The notes below the pieces were generated by a model. The model searched no databases. It was not told the DNA's origin and saw nothing but the letters and a program-made list of their open reading frames with translations. From assembly GCA_038883795.1 (NCBI GenBank), contig JAVZLK010000009.1, positions 1 to 43,661 on the forward strand: DNA of 43,661 nucleotides, written 5' to 3'. This document shows, piece after piece, positions 1-9,746 of the stretch. The translations under genes and the position numbers were made by a program. The DNA comes from Candidatus Bathyarchaeia archaeon (lineage in GTDB: Archaea > Thermoproteota > Bathyarchaeia > Bathyarchaeales > Bathycorpusculaceae). The number at the start of each line of letters is the position of its first letter. Within the stretch, counting starts at the first letter, position 1.

Positions 1-1
1 A

Positions 2-31
2 ATTTCCGAAATCTTGAAGGCTGAATACTGA
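2..31 (+). CDS. 3' end of upstream gene, probably ABC transporter permease (partial)
   Basis: Frame reads ISEILKAEY-TGA, with a TGATG overlap onto the ATPase start. Resembles the C-terminus of FtsX/MacB-type permeases. Confidence 0.5.
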   Translation: MSEILKAEY

Positions 32-705
32 TGAAAATCAAAACTGTGGACTTAACAAGGACATACAATTTGGGCTTATTGGAAATAATTGCAATTAATA
101 AAATCAGCTTTGAAATTGGCGAAAAACAGTTCGTCACAATAGTTGGACCCACAGGTTCTGGAAAAACTACTCTTTTAAACCTTATAGGATTAAATGATTA
201 TCCAACTTCTGGAAAAATTTTCATCGACAACATTGACACTTCACTTCTTTCAACCAGCGAACGTAAAAAAATTAGACTTTTCCGCATAGGTTTTATCTTT
301 CAATCTTTCAATTTGCTACCAACACTTACTGCCCTAGAAAATGTGGAGTTGCCAATGGCTTTGGCTGGCAAACCCGAAGAAGAGCAAAAGAAAAGGGCTG
401 TTAGGCTTCTTGAGGCTGTTGGTTTAAGTGCGAGAGCTTATCATAGGCCTAAAGAGTTGAGTATGGGTGAGATGCAGCGTGTAGCCATAGCCAGAGCATT
501 AGCCAACAATCCAGAAGTAATCATTGCTGATGAGCCTACTGGCGAGTTGGATTCAAAAACCGCTAAAGAGATTATCGCTTTGCTTTTTGACATAAACAGA
601 AATGAGAAGAGAACAGTTATTGTGGCGACGCATGATGAAAAAATAGTTGACGTGGCAGATGCAGTTTATACGATTCATAATGGAAAAATAAAAATTCAAG
701 GCTAA
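31..705 (+). CDS. ABC transporter ATP-binding protein, LolD/MacB-like
   Basis: Walker A GPTGSGKT, FIFQSFNLLP, signature LSMGEMQRVAIARAL, Walker B/D-loop IIADEPTGELD, H-loop ATHD. Confidence 0.95.
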   Translation: MKIKTVDLTRTYNLGLLEIIAINKISFEIGEKQFVTIVGPTGSGKTTLLNLIGLNDYPTSGKIFIDNIDTSLLSTSERKKIRLFRIGFIFQSFNLLPTLTALENVELPMALAGKPEEEQKKRAVRLLEAVGLSARAYHRPKELSMGEMQRVAIARALANNPEVIIADEPTGELDSKTAKEIIALLFDINRNEKRTVIVATHDEKIVDVADAVYTIHNGKIKIQG

Positions 706-711
706 AATTGT

Positions 712-939
712 CTATAGAAGCGCAAAGTCTGTTGATTTAATTTTTCCTTTTTGGTCGACGAAAACTTCGAATTTTTCAGCCCAAGGATGTCCTTCTAAAT
801 CTATTGGACATGTGCCCCTTACAATCCAACAGTCGCCTTTCTGCTCAACCGTGGAAATTTCTATTTTCTCTGTCTTTTTTCTCTGCTTAAGAAATTCTAT
901 GGCTATTTGACGGGCAGCCTCATGTGATATTTCCTTCAT
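712..939 (-). CDS. Small hypothetical protein, PepSY-like alpha/beta pattern
   Basis: ATG with upstream GGAGG SD. 'ISHEAARQIA...W.V...FEVFVDQKGKI' resembles PepSY-type domains. Confidence 0.65.
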   Translation of the reverse strand: MKEISHEAARQIAIEFLKQRKKTEKIEISTVEQKGDCWIVRGTCPIDLEGHPWAEKFEVFVDQKGKIKSTDFALL

Positions 940-1115
940 ATTTGTTCCTCCAACTTTTCTTTATTTTTTGGTTTGGATGGCATTAAGGGTTATGAATGGA
1001 AAATCGTTAGTATAGTTAAACATAGTCTAAATTTCGTACACATTCTTTTTGCGATAGATTCAAATCATCAAACAATCAATTCTAAAATTAGAGCAACCGT
1101 ATCGGAAAAGAAATT

Positions 1116-2189
1116 ATGAGCGAAAAAAGGCGAATAATATTCCACGTAGACATGGACCACTTCTTCACAGCCGTTGAGGAACGGGAGCATCCAGAATATA
1201 AGGGAAAGCCGGTCATTGTTGGAGCAGACCCGAAGGGTGGAAAAGGAAGAGGAGTTGTAAGTACATGCAATTATGAGGCAAGAAAATTTGGCGTACGCTC
1301 GGGAATGCCCATCTCCAAGGCTTGGAAACTGTGCCCACAAGCCGTTTATCTTCCAGTAAATTTTGAGCTTTACATGAAAGTTTCCGACAAAATAATGGGT
1401 TTGCTGCGAAAATACGCGGACAAGTTTGAACAGTGGGGCATAGATGAGGCTTTCTTAGATGTAACGTCAAAAGTTAGGGATTATGCGGAAGCCGAAACTT
1501 TGGCAAGTGAAATTAAGAAGGAAATCTATGAGAGGGAGGGGCTTACCTGTTCTATAGGCGTAGGTCCAAACAAACTTGTTGCCAAAATCGCAAGCGACTA
1601 TAGAAAACCGGACGGCTTAACCATCGTCAGGGAAGAGGAAACTGAAAAATTTCTAGCCCCATTACCAGTACGTAAGCTTCTTTGGGTTGGAAGAAAAACT
1701 GAACAAAAACTGAAGACTATGGGAATAACAACCATAGGCGACTTGGCTCATTACGACCCTATGGCTTTGGCGGAAGTTTTCGGCGTTATGGGAACCCAAA
1801 TGTATTTGATGGCACATGGCGTTGACAAGAGTGAGGTTGAGGAAAGAGAAGAAATAAAATCCATAAGCCGCGAAACAACATTCGAAGAAGACACTTCAAA
1901 TTCTGAACTTGTTTTAAGAACTTTAGATGCACTCTCAGAAGAAGTGCACAAGGACGTTTTGAATCAAAGGCTCTATTTTAAAACTGTCACAGTTAAAGTG
2001 CGTTACGAAAACTTTGAAACCCACACCCACAGCAAAACCTTGTCTTTAATAACAAACCGCTTAGAAGAGTTGAAGAAAACATCAAAGGAATTGTTGAAGA
2101 CATATTTGAAGTCGGACAGAAAAATAAGGCTGGTAGGCGTTAGAGTTTCAAACTTCACATCAGCAGAAAAACAAAAAACCCTCGTTTAG
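1116..2189 (+). CDS. dinB: DNA polymerase IV (Y-family, DinB/Dbh)
   Basis: HVDMDHFF, STCNYEARKFGVRSGMP, IDEAFLD, AKIASDYRKPDG, and a little-finger domain ending IRLVGVRV. Confidence 0.96.
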   Translation: MSEKRRIIFHVDMDHFFTAVEEREHPEYKGKPVIVGADPKGGKGRGVVSTCNYEARKFGVRSGMPISKAWKLCPQAVYLPVNFELYMKVSDKIMGLLRKYADKFEQWGIDEAFLDVTSKVRDYAEAETLASEIKKEIYEREGLTCSIGVGPNKLVAKIASDYRKPDGLTIVREEETEKFLAPLPVRKLLWVGRKTEQKLKTMGITTIGDLAHYDPMALAEVFGVMGTQMYLMAHGVDKSEVEEREEIKSISRETTFEEDTSNSELVLRTLDALSEEVHKDVLNQRLYFKTVTVKVRYENFETHTHSKTLSLITNRLEELKKTSKELLKTYLKSDRKIRLVGVRVSNFTSAEKQKTLV

Positions 2190-2196
2190 AGATTGG

Positions 2197-2457
2197 CTAT
2201 TTTCTTATTCTTCGGATTTCAAAGACTACCGGATTTTCGGCATCTGGGCAAGCATTGAAAATGACATCTTTGTCTTCGCTCCATGGAAATTCAACGCCAT
2301 AACGCATTGCATAGACTTTTGGCAATAAAACCATAAGGGCACTATAGCATATGTCGCCCTTCACAGATTTTCCATCAAAAACTATTTTATCGCCCACTTT
2401 ATGTCCGAAGGCACATTTTCCTTTCTGACTCACAACCTTAACTTCAATTGTGGACAT
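2197..2457 (-). CDS. TIGR04076-family Cys-containing protein
   Basis: Motifs KGKCAFGHKVGD, ICYSAL and CPDAENPVVFEI typical of this family. Confidence 0.8.
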   Translation of the reverse strand: MSTIEVKVVSQKGKCAFGHKVGDKIVFDGKSVKGDICYSALMVLLPKVYAMRYGVEFPWSEDKDVIFNACPDAENPVVFEIRRIRK

Positions 2458-2472
2458 ATATGCTTCACCGCA

Positions 2473-2754
2473 TTAAGGTTTTATATCCGGATATTTTTCT
2501 TTTATCCTTTCATTTGCTATTTTAGCAATCATGGCATTAGAAATCAAAACATATTTGACGCCCATAAGCTCTGCAAGGTCCGCTGGCTTCTGGTCTTGCG
2601 TAACTAATAATAGATTGTTTTTCTTTGCATACTCCACCACATCCTTGTCTCTTGCCCCTTGAAGTCCAACCTCTTGAACGGTTAAAACTTCCCAACCGAA
2701 AGTTTCAAAATACTCTTTTAAACCTGCATACATCTCGTCAAGCAATATCCTCAA
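2473..2754 (-). CDS. PIN-like domain protein (DUF5615/Mut7-C N-terminal type)
   Basis: MRILLDEM, G..D.DVVEYA and LLVTQD acidic motifs. Confidence 0.8.
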   Translation of the reverse strand: MRILLDEMYAGLKEYFETFGWEVLTVQEVGLQGARDKDVVEYAKKNNLLLVTQDQKPADLAELMGVKYVLISNAMIAKIANERIKEKYPDIKP

Positions 2755-2839
2755 CTTAATCGCTCCCTCCTTCGCTTAACCTTTAAGAGGTTTCTTTATA
2801 TCTTAAAAGTTACAAATAAATTGCGAGGGCAAAGTTACC

Positions 2840-3223
2840 GTGAAAGCCTTAAACTGTCCACTATGCGAGTTGGATTTGGATAAGGAGAAAATATTCTATG
2901 CGGATCAATCTTTCATTGTTTTGAGAACAAAAACCTTGAAGGGGCATAGAGAAAGGATTATGATAGTTTATAGGAAGCATGAGCATACAATTCCATATAA
3001 GGCTGTTGAACGGGCTTTGGATATTCTTTCAAAGATAGGGAGAAAAGTTTTCAGTTACGCTCCAAAATTTGTCATCATGGATTCAACCTTCGCCACAATA
3101 AATGACCATTGGCACTTGGTTGCTAGCGATCTTGACCCTAAAAGCGAAGACTTCAACCAAATTTTAGCCACGAGATGGATTAAAGTTGTGGATAACACTA
3201 TTCCAGAAGAAGGCGAAGTTTAG
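2840..3223 (+). CDS. HIT-like fold protein with degenerate triad
   Basis: N-terminal CPLC, IFYAD, MIVYRKHE and DHWHLV (HxH only). Confidence 0.6.
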   Translation: MKALNCPLCELDLDKEKIFYADQSFIVLRTKTLKGHRERIMIVYRKHEHTIPYKAVERALDILSKIGRKVFSYAPKFVIMDSTFATINDHWHLVASDLDPKSEDFNQILATRWIKVVDNTIPEEGEV

Positions 3224-3227
3224 CGCT

Positions 3228-3875
3228 ATGCAAAACAATAATCAATCAAAAACTGAGAAGTCAGAAACGACAGAGGCTTTCTTATGCCCCTTTTGCGGAG
3301 CACCCTATAAAGAGTTAATTCCGGCAGGCGTTGTTCAAGTAAAATGCACTTATTGCGGAGCCACCGTGCTTGTTCCACCACGTTTGGGAGGCTTAACCCA
3401 AAGATGTCCAAATCATCCAGACACTTTAGCTATAGGACTTTGTAATGATTGCGGTAAAAGTTACTGTGACGATTGCCTATATATTTTCGAAATTGAACAT
3501 GGAAAACTGCATCTTTGTGCACAATGCTATAAAAATCGAATGCAAAAGGTACAAGTAGGGGGAATTTTTATGTTCATATTATCTATGATTTTTATTGGAT
3601 TATTTTTTGTAATAACAGCAACACAGCCATCTCCTGGTTCAGCAGTTGAGATTTTAATAGGCGGGCTGATACTTTTAATAAGCTCAGCGGTGCTCTTTTT
3701 TGCTAAAGGAAGACCGATTAGTGTGCGAGAAGCACGTTTATATCCAACACTTAGTCCATACACGCCAAAAATGTTTTTAAAGAAATGCATCAAATGCGGC
3801 AGAGAAATTCCCATAGCTTCAGAAAATTGTAAATACTGCGGAGAAAAACAGTTGGAAAATAAGGTAGATAAGTGA
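3228..3875 (+). CDS. Multi-zinc-finger membrane protein
   Basis: CPFC/CTYC ribbon, B-box-like CPNH..CNDC..CDDC..CAQC, two hydrophobic helices, C-terminal CIKC/CKYC ribbon. ATG 3228 preferred over GTG 3186, which overlaps the previous gene. Confidence 0.75.
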   Translation: MQNNNQSKTEKSETTEAFLCPFCGAPYKELIPAGVVQVKCTYCGATVLVPPRLGGLTQRCPNHPDTLAIGLCNDCGKSYCDDCLYIFEIEHGKLHLCAQCYKNRMQKVQVGGIFMFILSMIFIGLFFVITATQPSPGSAVEILIGGLILLISSAVLFFAKGRPISVREARLYPTLSPYTPKMFLKKCIKCGREIPIASENCKYCGEKQLENKVDK

Positions 3876-3890
3876 TAGCTATGCATTCTT

Positions 3891-4433
3891 TTAAGGAAAT
3901 TTGAATTCCCATTTGCACCATAAATCTTTGGGGTGCTTGTCTGGTGGACAAACTAGGCAGTTTACTTCCACTTTTGGGTTTAATGTTTTTGCAAAATTTT
4001 TCAAATAGCCAAAACGCACTTTCTTGCATGGAAATTCGCCTAATCCCTTACTTAAACGGGTTTCCTGCGTTCTACAACGGTTAATGCTCAAAACAGCCCT
4101 TTTATTACTTATTTTAACCGTCTTGAATGGTTGGTCTAAAGACCAACTTGACTTTCTCAAAAGCTCCATTATCGTCGGTATGTCTGGGTTTTCGCCAACC
4201 TGAAACATTTTTTGCAAGCTTTTTGCTTCGATTGTTGCCATAGCCTCCCAAACTCCAGCATCAATCTCTGTTGCCGCTTCGGTTCCAAACTTCTTTTCTA
4301 TACCCAGAAAGTATAGGCCGTCAACCCTCCATAGGTTTCGGATTTGAAGGAAAAAGTAGTCAAGCAACTTTTCAATGGGCATTTTAGCCAGCATTCCACG
4401 GTCTTCAACACTTCCAGGCGGATACTCGCTCAT
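3891..4433 (-). CDS. DUF6125-family protein
   Basis: W.VDGLYFLGIE..FG..AA, CRTQETR...LGEFPCK and CLVCPPDKHP...WCKWEF motifs. Confidence 0.75.
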   Translation of the reverse strand: MSEYPPGSVEDRGMLAKMPIEKLLDYFFLQIRNLWRVDGLYFLGIEKKFGTEAATEIDAGVWEAMATIEAKSLQKMFQVGENPDIPTIMELLRKSSWSLDQPFKTVKISNKRAVLSINRCRTQETRLSKGLGEFPCKKVRFGYLKNFAKTLNPKVEVNCLVCPPDKHPKDLWCKWEFKFP

Positions 4434-4501
4434 ACTTGGACACCAGCTTTAGAGGATAATGCTATATGAATTAATCTTTTAAACTTAACCAGAGAATAAA
4501 G

Positions 4502-5317
4502 GTGGAAAGCGGCGAACCCCCTTTGGAGCAGTTAATAGAAACAATAATCCTCGGCATAATTCAAGGCTTAACAGAGTGGCTTCCTATTTCAAGCACTGGG
4601 CATCTTAAACTGGCTGAACATTTTTTAGGCTTAAAAGTTCCAATTTTATTTGATATTACATTACACATTGGGACATTGATAGTTATTTTATTCTATTTTA
4701 AAAGGGAAATAAAAGAGGTAATTTCAGCGTTTTTTCGATTTGATTTTAAAACAGAATATGGAAGGCTAATACCATTAATAATTGTTGGAGCGATACCGAC
4801 AGCCCTAATAGGCTGGTTTTTTGGCGATGTCATAGAAGGGATTTTTCAAACTCCTCTACCAATTGCTGCTGCTTTCATTTTATGTGGCATAATCCTCTAC
4901 TCAACAAAAGCTTCAGAGGAAAGAACCGAAAACATAAGCTATCTAAAAGCCTTGATAATTGGAATAGCCCAAGGCATAGCCATAACGCCAGGCATTTCAC
5001 GAAGCGGAACAACAATCGCTGTTGCACTTTTGTTGGGAATAAGACGCGGAAAAGCCTTCCAATTCTCTTTCCTACTTTCAGTTCCAGCAATCCTTGGCGC
5101 CTTCAGCTTAAAAACGTATACTCAAGCCGAAGCGTTAACCTCTGCTGGATATGGTTGGATGGAAGTTTTAATAGGCTCTGTTGTGGCGATGGTCGTTGGC
5201 TATTTTGCTTTAAAACTTTTGTGGAAAATTCTTGCTAAGCAAAGGCTTCACTTTTTTGCCTTCTATTGCTGGTTTGTCGCTTTATTGTCTCTTGCGCTCG
5301 GTTTTAGCGGTTTCTAG
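4502..5317 (+). CDS. uppP: Undecaprenyl/polyprenyl-diphosphate phosphatase (BacA/UppP)
   Basis: GIIQGLTEWLPISSTGHL and AQGIAITPGISRSGTT motifs; multi-pass membrane protein. Confidence 0.93.
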   Translation: MESGEPPLEQLIETIILGIIQGLTEWLPISSTGHLKLAEHFLGLKVPILFDITLHIGTLIVILFYFKREIKEVISAFFRFDFKTEYGRLIPLIIVGAIPTALIGWFFGDVIEGIFQTPLPIAAAFILCGIILYSTKASEERTENISYLKALIIGIAQGIAITPGISRSGTTIAVALLLGIRRGKAFQFSFLLSVPAILGAFSLKTYTQAEALTSAGYGWMEVLIGSVVAMVVGYFALKLLWKILAKQRLHFFAFYCWFVALLSLALGFSGF

Positions 5318-6727
5318 CCATTTAGGCTTTCCAGAAAGGAAATCTGTTAGAAAAACCGCAAAATCCTTGTTTCGCTTATAAACCTCAACAATTTCGTCAT
5401 CAACGAAAATTTTAAATCCTTTGCTGAGAGTTTGCGAAATTCCCTCGGCAACGCCAGCGTTTCTACCACCATCTTTCAATTTTTCCTTAAGCAAAGCCAC
5501 AGCATCCGTGTATTTTCGTTTGATATGTGCCACCCATCGCCCATCTTCAATATATGGCCCAGAAATGGTGTTAGGATTGTTCAAGTGTTTTTTCAAGAAT
5601 TTTTCGCATTCGCCTTCCTTATCCAATGGCGGTCCCAAATGTTTCTTGACTGGCGAAAGGAAGCGCTTTTCAATTTCAAAAATGAACATGTTGATGCTTT
5701 TTTCGTCGCTCCATGGCATATCCCTTAATATGGTGAAATCGTTAACTTCGAGAAGTTTGTGCAGTGAACGTTGTGATTTGTAAAGTTGTCCCCATAAAAC
5801 GTCTGGAACCGCCTCAACTTTTGGAAAAGTAAGAAAAATAAGTGTTGAGCCATGTTTTGCTAATTCTTTTTTTAGCTCTTTTAGGGTTAGGGCTTTCGTT
5901 TTTGGAGGATAGAAGAAGTCTAAATTTGGGTTTTTTAGGAAAGCTCTGGCGGCGGCTATGAAAGTGTAAAGTTTTTGGGGTTGAACGGCTGAGGCAACAT
6001 TTCTTCCCTTATCCACTGGGTCAACAATTAATAATGGTTCTTGGAAGAGGAGTTGCAGTTCATTCTCTCTTCCCTTATATTGGTTTCCAATGTCTATGAT
6101 TATTCTCTTTTTATGCTTGGCAAAGGCTTCAAGAGTTTCCAAGAAAGATTTAAAATTTAGGATTAATAGTTCGCAGAGGTATCCGCTGAATCCGCCAATT
6201 TTTATTTCTGCACCGTAAACGCCTATTCCCTTCATAAATTTCTTTAGCAATCGCACTTCTCCGCGCATTTGCACGTTCAAATTTTTTTTAACATAGTCTG
6301 TATGGTATGGTGTGCGGTCTGTGGCGCTTAACCACTCTCCACGCTTTGCATCATAGCATGGAACAATATTCACTCTAACACCTTCAACAAAAGCCTCCAA
6401 GTAGGGGTGTTCGGCGAACCTTTCAATCTGCCTTGAACCTTCTGTGGCTTTTCTGGCTATTTGTAGGCATATGTCCCCCAAAGATTTTCGTGGCACCGTT
6501 GTTGGAACCCGCATGAAAATGTCAATTTCTGGATCTTCGCTCAGCCATGTATCTTTAGCAACAGAACCCTCCAATCGAACCTTAGCTTCAACGCCGAAAG
6601 CTTTGGCTGTTTCTGCAACTTTCCCTTCCAATTTCTTAGCTAAAGCTTCAACTTTTATACGCTGGGCTTTTTTTGGCGTAACTTTCTCTAAAACTGTTGC
6701 GCAAACTTTCGCTATATTGTGTTGCAT
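5282..6727 (-). CDS. cca: Archaeal class I CCA-adding enzyme
   Basis: GSVAKDTWL..EIDIF, AEHPY, SATDRTPYHT, GVYGAEIKIGGFSGYLCELL, DPVDKGRNVASA. Confidence 0.97.
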   Translation of the reverse strand: MQHNIAKVCATVLEKVTPKKAQRIKVEALAKKLEGKVAETAKAFGVEAKVRLEGSVAKDTWLSEDPEIDIFMRVPTTVPRKSLGDICLQIARKATEGSRQIERFAEHPYLEAFVEGVRVNIVPCYDAKRGEWLSATDRTPYHTDYVKKNLNVQMRGEVRLLKKFMKGIGVYGAEIKIGGFSGYLCELLILNFKSFLETLEAFAKHKKRIIIDIGNQYKGRENELQLLFQEPLLIVDPVDKGRNVASAVQPQKLYTFIAAARAFLKNPNLDFFYPPKTKALTLKELKKELAKHGSTLIFLTFPKVEAVPDVLWGQLYKSQRSLHKLLEVNDFTILRDMPWSDEKSINMFIFEIEKRFLSPVKKHLGPPLDKEGECEKFLKKHLNNPNTISGPYIEDGRWVAHIKRKYTDAVALLKEKLKDGGRNAGVAEGISQTLSKGFKIFVDDEIVEVYKRNKDFAVFLTDFLSGKPKWLETAKTERKRQ

Positions 6728-6745
6728 GTTCTTGCCCTTTTCTAT

Positions 6746-7318
6746 CTATTTTTGTGGACAAAACTCCTTAAGAGTAGAATATATGGGACCTTTAGGTGTT
6801 AAATCGCTTCTCTTAAGCCTCAAACATTCAGCACGCACAACGCCAAACTCATAATTCGCATTTTGAGTGAGGAATTTGGCAAGTTCTGCTTTATTCCTTC
6901 CAGACTTAACACGGGCAATGGTTAAATGGGGACTAAAACCCTTTGAGTCTGGCGCAAATCCTAAATTGCGCAAACGGGACTCCAACTGATTGAAAATACT
7001 TCGTAACTGGTCGGCGCCTTCGGTTATTCCAGCCCAAACAACTCTTGGATAGCGGAGATTTGGAAAGGCGCCGAGCCCTTGGATTTTAACGTCAAAAGGA
7101 GCAAACTGAACTTTCTTCATTTCCTCATAAATTTTTTCCACCATTTGCATCGTGATATTTCCGAGAAAGCGAACAGTGATATGAATGTTTTTGGGTTCGA
7201 CAAGTTTTAAGTCCGCTCCAGTTTTTGCTATCATGTCTTGGGCTTCTGTTATTCTTTTTATTATTGATTCGCTTTCCATGTCAAAGGCTATAAAACTTCT
7301 AATTGTTTCCGGCATCAA
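6746..7318 (-). CDS. thpR: RNA 2',3'-cyclic phosphodiesterase (2H family)
   Basis: Two HxT motifs (HITVRFLG, PHLTIAR), RSFIA, S.LTPKGPIY; adjacent to cca. Confidence 0.93.
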   Translation of the reverse strand: MMPETIRSFIAFDMESESIIKRITEAQDMIAKTGADLKLVEPKNIHITVRFLGNITMQMVEKIYEEMKKVQFAPFDVKIQGLGAFPNLRYPRVVWAGITEGADQLRSIFNQLESRLRNLGFAPDSKGFSPHLTIARVKSGRNKAELAKFLTQNANYEFGVVRAECLRLKRSDLTPKGPIYSTLKEFCPQK

Positions 7319-7410
7319 TATTCCTTCGCAACTTTACTTTTTACATTAAAAGCATTTATGAGTAAAAAGCTATCTGTTAATAAACTCCCAAAATAGCAAG
7401 AAGTGACAAC

Positions 7411-7977
7411 ATGAGTTTCCAAAAGCTTGTTGTTGGTTTAGCTGGGATGCCCGGAGCCGGCAAGTCTTTAGTTGTTTCTGTTGCTAAGGAAATGATGTAC
7501 GGCGTTGTTGTTATGGGTGATGTGGTTAGAGAAGAAGCAGCCAAAAGAGGTTTGGACCCAACTCAAGAGAATCTTGGAAGAATAATGCTTGAGCTAAGGC
7601 ATAAGGAAGGAGAAAATGTCATAGCAAAGAGATGTGTTCCAAAAATAGAAAATATGAAAGAGAGTAAGGTTGTTGTTGATGGCATAAGAAGCCTAAGCGA
7701 AGTTGAAGAATTTAAAAAGCATTTTCCACAATTCACATTAATCGCCATCCACTCATCCCCAGAAACAAGGTTTAAGAGGCTATACCATCGCCAAAGAAGC
7801 GACGACCCAAAAAATTGGGAAATATTCCATGAAAGAGACATGCGCGAATTAAGTGTGGGGTTGGGTGAAGCCATAGCGATGGCTGAATATTTAATAGTTA
7901 ATGAGGAGAATTTGGATGTTGTGAAGGGAAAAGTTAGGACTGTTTTGAGAAAGGTTGAGGAGAAATGGATGAAGTAA
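7411..7977 (+). CDS. UPF0200 P-loop kinase-like protein (dephospho-CoA kinase-like fold)
   Basis: GMPGAGKS, MGDVVREEA, VVVDGIRS..EV, RD.REL..GLG.AIAMA. Confidence 0.85.
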   Translation: MSFQKLVVGLAGMPGAGKSLVVSVAKEMMYGVVVMGDVVREEAAKRGLDPTQENLGRIMLELRHKEGENVIAKRCVPKIENMKESKVVVDGIRSLSEVEEFKKHFPQFTLIAIHSSPETRFKRLYHRQRSDDPKNWEIFHERDMRELSVGLGEAIAMAEYLIVNEENLDVVKGKVRTVLRKVEEKWMK

Positions 7978-8366
7978 GCGTTTATGTGGAAGCTGAAGTT
8001 AATCCAACGGAATCAGAAGAGAAAGTGAAAAGAGCTATAGAAAATATTTTTGGTAACATCCAAACAAAAATCCAACCACTTTATAAAGGAAGTTTGCTAA
8101 CGGGAGAAGTGAAAGGCTTAGAAACGCTAACGAAACTCTATAATTTGCTGCGAAGGGAACGTATTCGTGATGCCGCTCGAGGGGTTCTCTTTAAGGGATT
8201 AAGCGGTGAAACTATAAGCTTCTGTTTAAATAAGCAAGTAGCCTATGTGAGGCATGTTTCCTTTTCTGAAGAAACGGCGGAATCCCCCCTCGGACCAATA
8301 AAAGTTAAAATAAAATGTGACAATCCAAGAGAGTTAATCGATTGGCTTGCCCCAAAAACGGGATAG
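7965..8366 (+). CDS. UPF0201/DUF54 RNA-binding-like protein
   Basis: VNPTESEEKV..AI.NIF, RRERIRDAAR, LNKQVAY, ESPLGPI, IDWLAP. Confidence 0.88.
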   Translation: MDEVSVYVEAEVNPTESEEKVKRAIENIFGNIQTKIQPLYKGSLLTGEVKGLETLTKLYNLLRRERIRDAARGVLFKGLSGETISFCLNKQVAYVRHVSFSEETAESPLGPIKVKIKCDNPRELIDWLAPKTG

Positions 8367-8377
8367 GCGAATTAGGA

Positions 8378-9733
8378 ATGAGTTTAGAAAAAGTTTACAA
8401 AAACATAGATGCTAATGCTGAAAATTTTGTTAAAGCCCTTGTAAAACTTGTTAAGCAGCCAAGCGTTTCAGCAAAAGGCGAAGGAATAGAAGAGTGCGCA
8501 AATCTTGTGGAAGAGATGTTGCGGGAAACTGGTTTTTCAACAAAAATTCTTCGCCATGAAAAGGGAAACCCCGTTGTCTGTGGAGAAATGAAGTCGACGA
8601 AGGCTAAGAAAACCATCCTCTTCTATGACCATTATGATGTGCAACCGCCTGAGCCAATTGAAAAATGGACTTATGAACCTTTTAGCGGAAAAATAGCTGA
8701 TGGAAAAATTTTCGGCAGAGGCGCTTCGGATAACAAGGGAAATTTTGTTTCTAGGCTGAAGGCTGTTCAAGCTTTGTTGGATGTTTTTGGCGATTTGCCA
8801 GTGAATGTAAAGTTTTTTGTGGAAGGGGAGGAAGAAATTGGAAGTCCAAACCTTGAACCCATAATAAGGAAGAATAAGCATTTACTTTCTGCGGATGCAG
8901 CCATATGGGAGTTTGGTGGTACGGATAGGCGGGGTAGACCACATTTGTATTTGGGTTTGAAGGGGGTTTTGTCTGTTGAGATAAAAGCGTATGGTGCTTC
9001 TAAGGATGTTCACTCTGCAAATGCTCCTTTGATACCGAACCCTGCTTGGCGTCTTGTTTGGGCATTAAACCTTCTTAAGAATGGCGAAGAAAGGGTTTTG
9101 ATTGATGATTTCTATGAGAATGTGCTGTCGCCTTCGGCAGAAGAAATCGAGTGTTTGAAAGGTATTCCATTCGAGGAAGAGGAGACGAAGAAAGAACTTG
9201 GAATAAGAGAGTTTTTAGGAAATAAGCGTGGACTGGAAGCCTTGAAGACTTTGCTGTTTCAGCCAACATGCACCATAAACGGTTTGATATCCGGATATAC
9301 GGGTATAGGCTCAAAAACAGTTTTACCCCACGAAGCCACCGTAAAGCTTGATTTTCGATTGGTTCCAAACCAAACATCCAAGGAAATTTATGCCAAACTT
9401 GTTAAGCATTTGAAAAAACATGGTTTTGATGATTTGGAAGTTATTCAACACGGCTCCACTGATCCCACCAGAACGCCTATTAATGACCCATTTGTGGGTT
9501 TGGTTGCAAAAACCGCAGAGAAGGTTTATGGTAAAAGGGCTGTGATTTACCCAACAAGTGCGGCTTCAGGACCTATGCATTTGTTCAGAAACTTTTTAGG
9601 CTATCCCGTCGTGTCGGCTGGTTGCAGCCATCCCGAGGCTAATCAGCACGCTCCGGATGAAAACTTGAAAATTGAAAGTTTCATTCTTGGGACGAAGTTT
9701 ATTGCAACTTTGATTAACGATTTTGCTTTTTGA
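8378..9733 (+). CDS. M20/M25/M40 metallopeptidase/deacylase
   Basis: HYDVQP, GRGASDNKG, EGEEEIGSP, HAPDENL metal-binding motifs. ATG 8378 chosen to avoid overlap. Confidence 0.93.
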   Translation: MSLEKVYKNIDANAENFVKALVKLVKQPSVSAKGEGIEECANLVEEMLRETGFSTKILRHEKGNPVVCGEMKSTKAKKTILFYDHYDVQPPEPIEKWTYEPFSGKIADGKIFGRGASDNKGNFVSRLKAVQALLDVFGDLPVNVKFFVEGEEEIGSPNLEPIIRKNKHLLSADAAIWEFGGTDRRGRPHLYLGLKGVLSVEIKAYGASKDVHSANAPLIPNPAWRLVWALNLLKNGEERVLIDDFYENVLSPSAEEIECLKGIPFEEEETKKELGIREFLGNKRGLEALKTLLFQPTCTINGLISGYTGIGSKTVLPHEATVKLDFRLVPNQTSKEIYAKLVKHLKKHGFDDLEVIQHGSTDPTRTPINDPFVGLVAKTAEKVYGKRAVIYPTSAASGPMHLFRNFLGYPVVSAGCSHPEANQHAPDENLKIESFILGTKFIATLINDFAF

Positions 9734-9746
9734 TTGGTGCTTGGTT

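Noticed and set aside
1116-3223. dinB/PIN/HIT cluster as an anti-phage defence system
   Set aside because: Mixed orientations, common solo families and no recognisable defence architecture.
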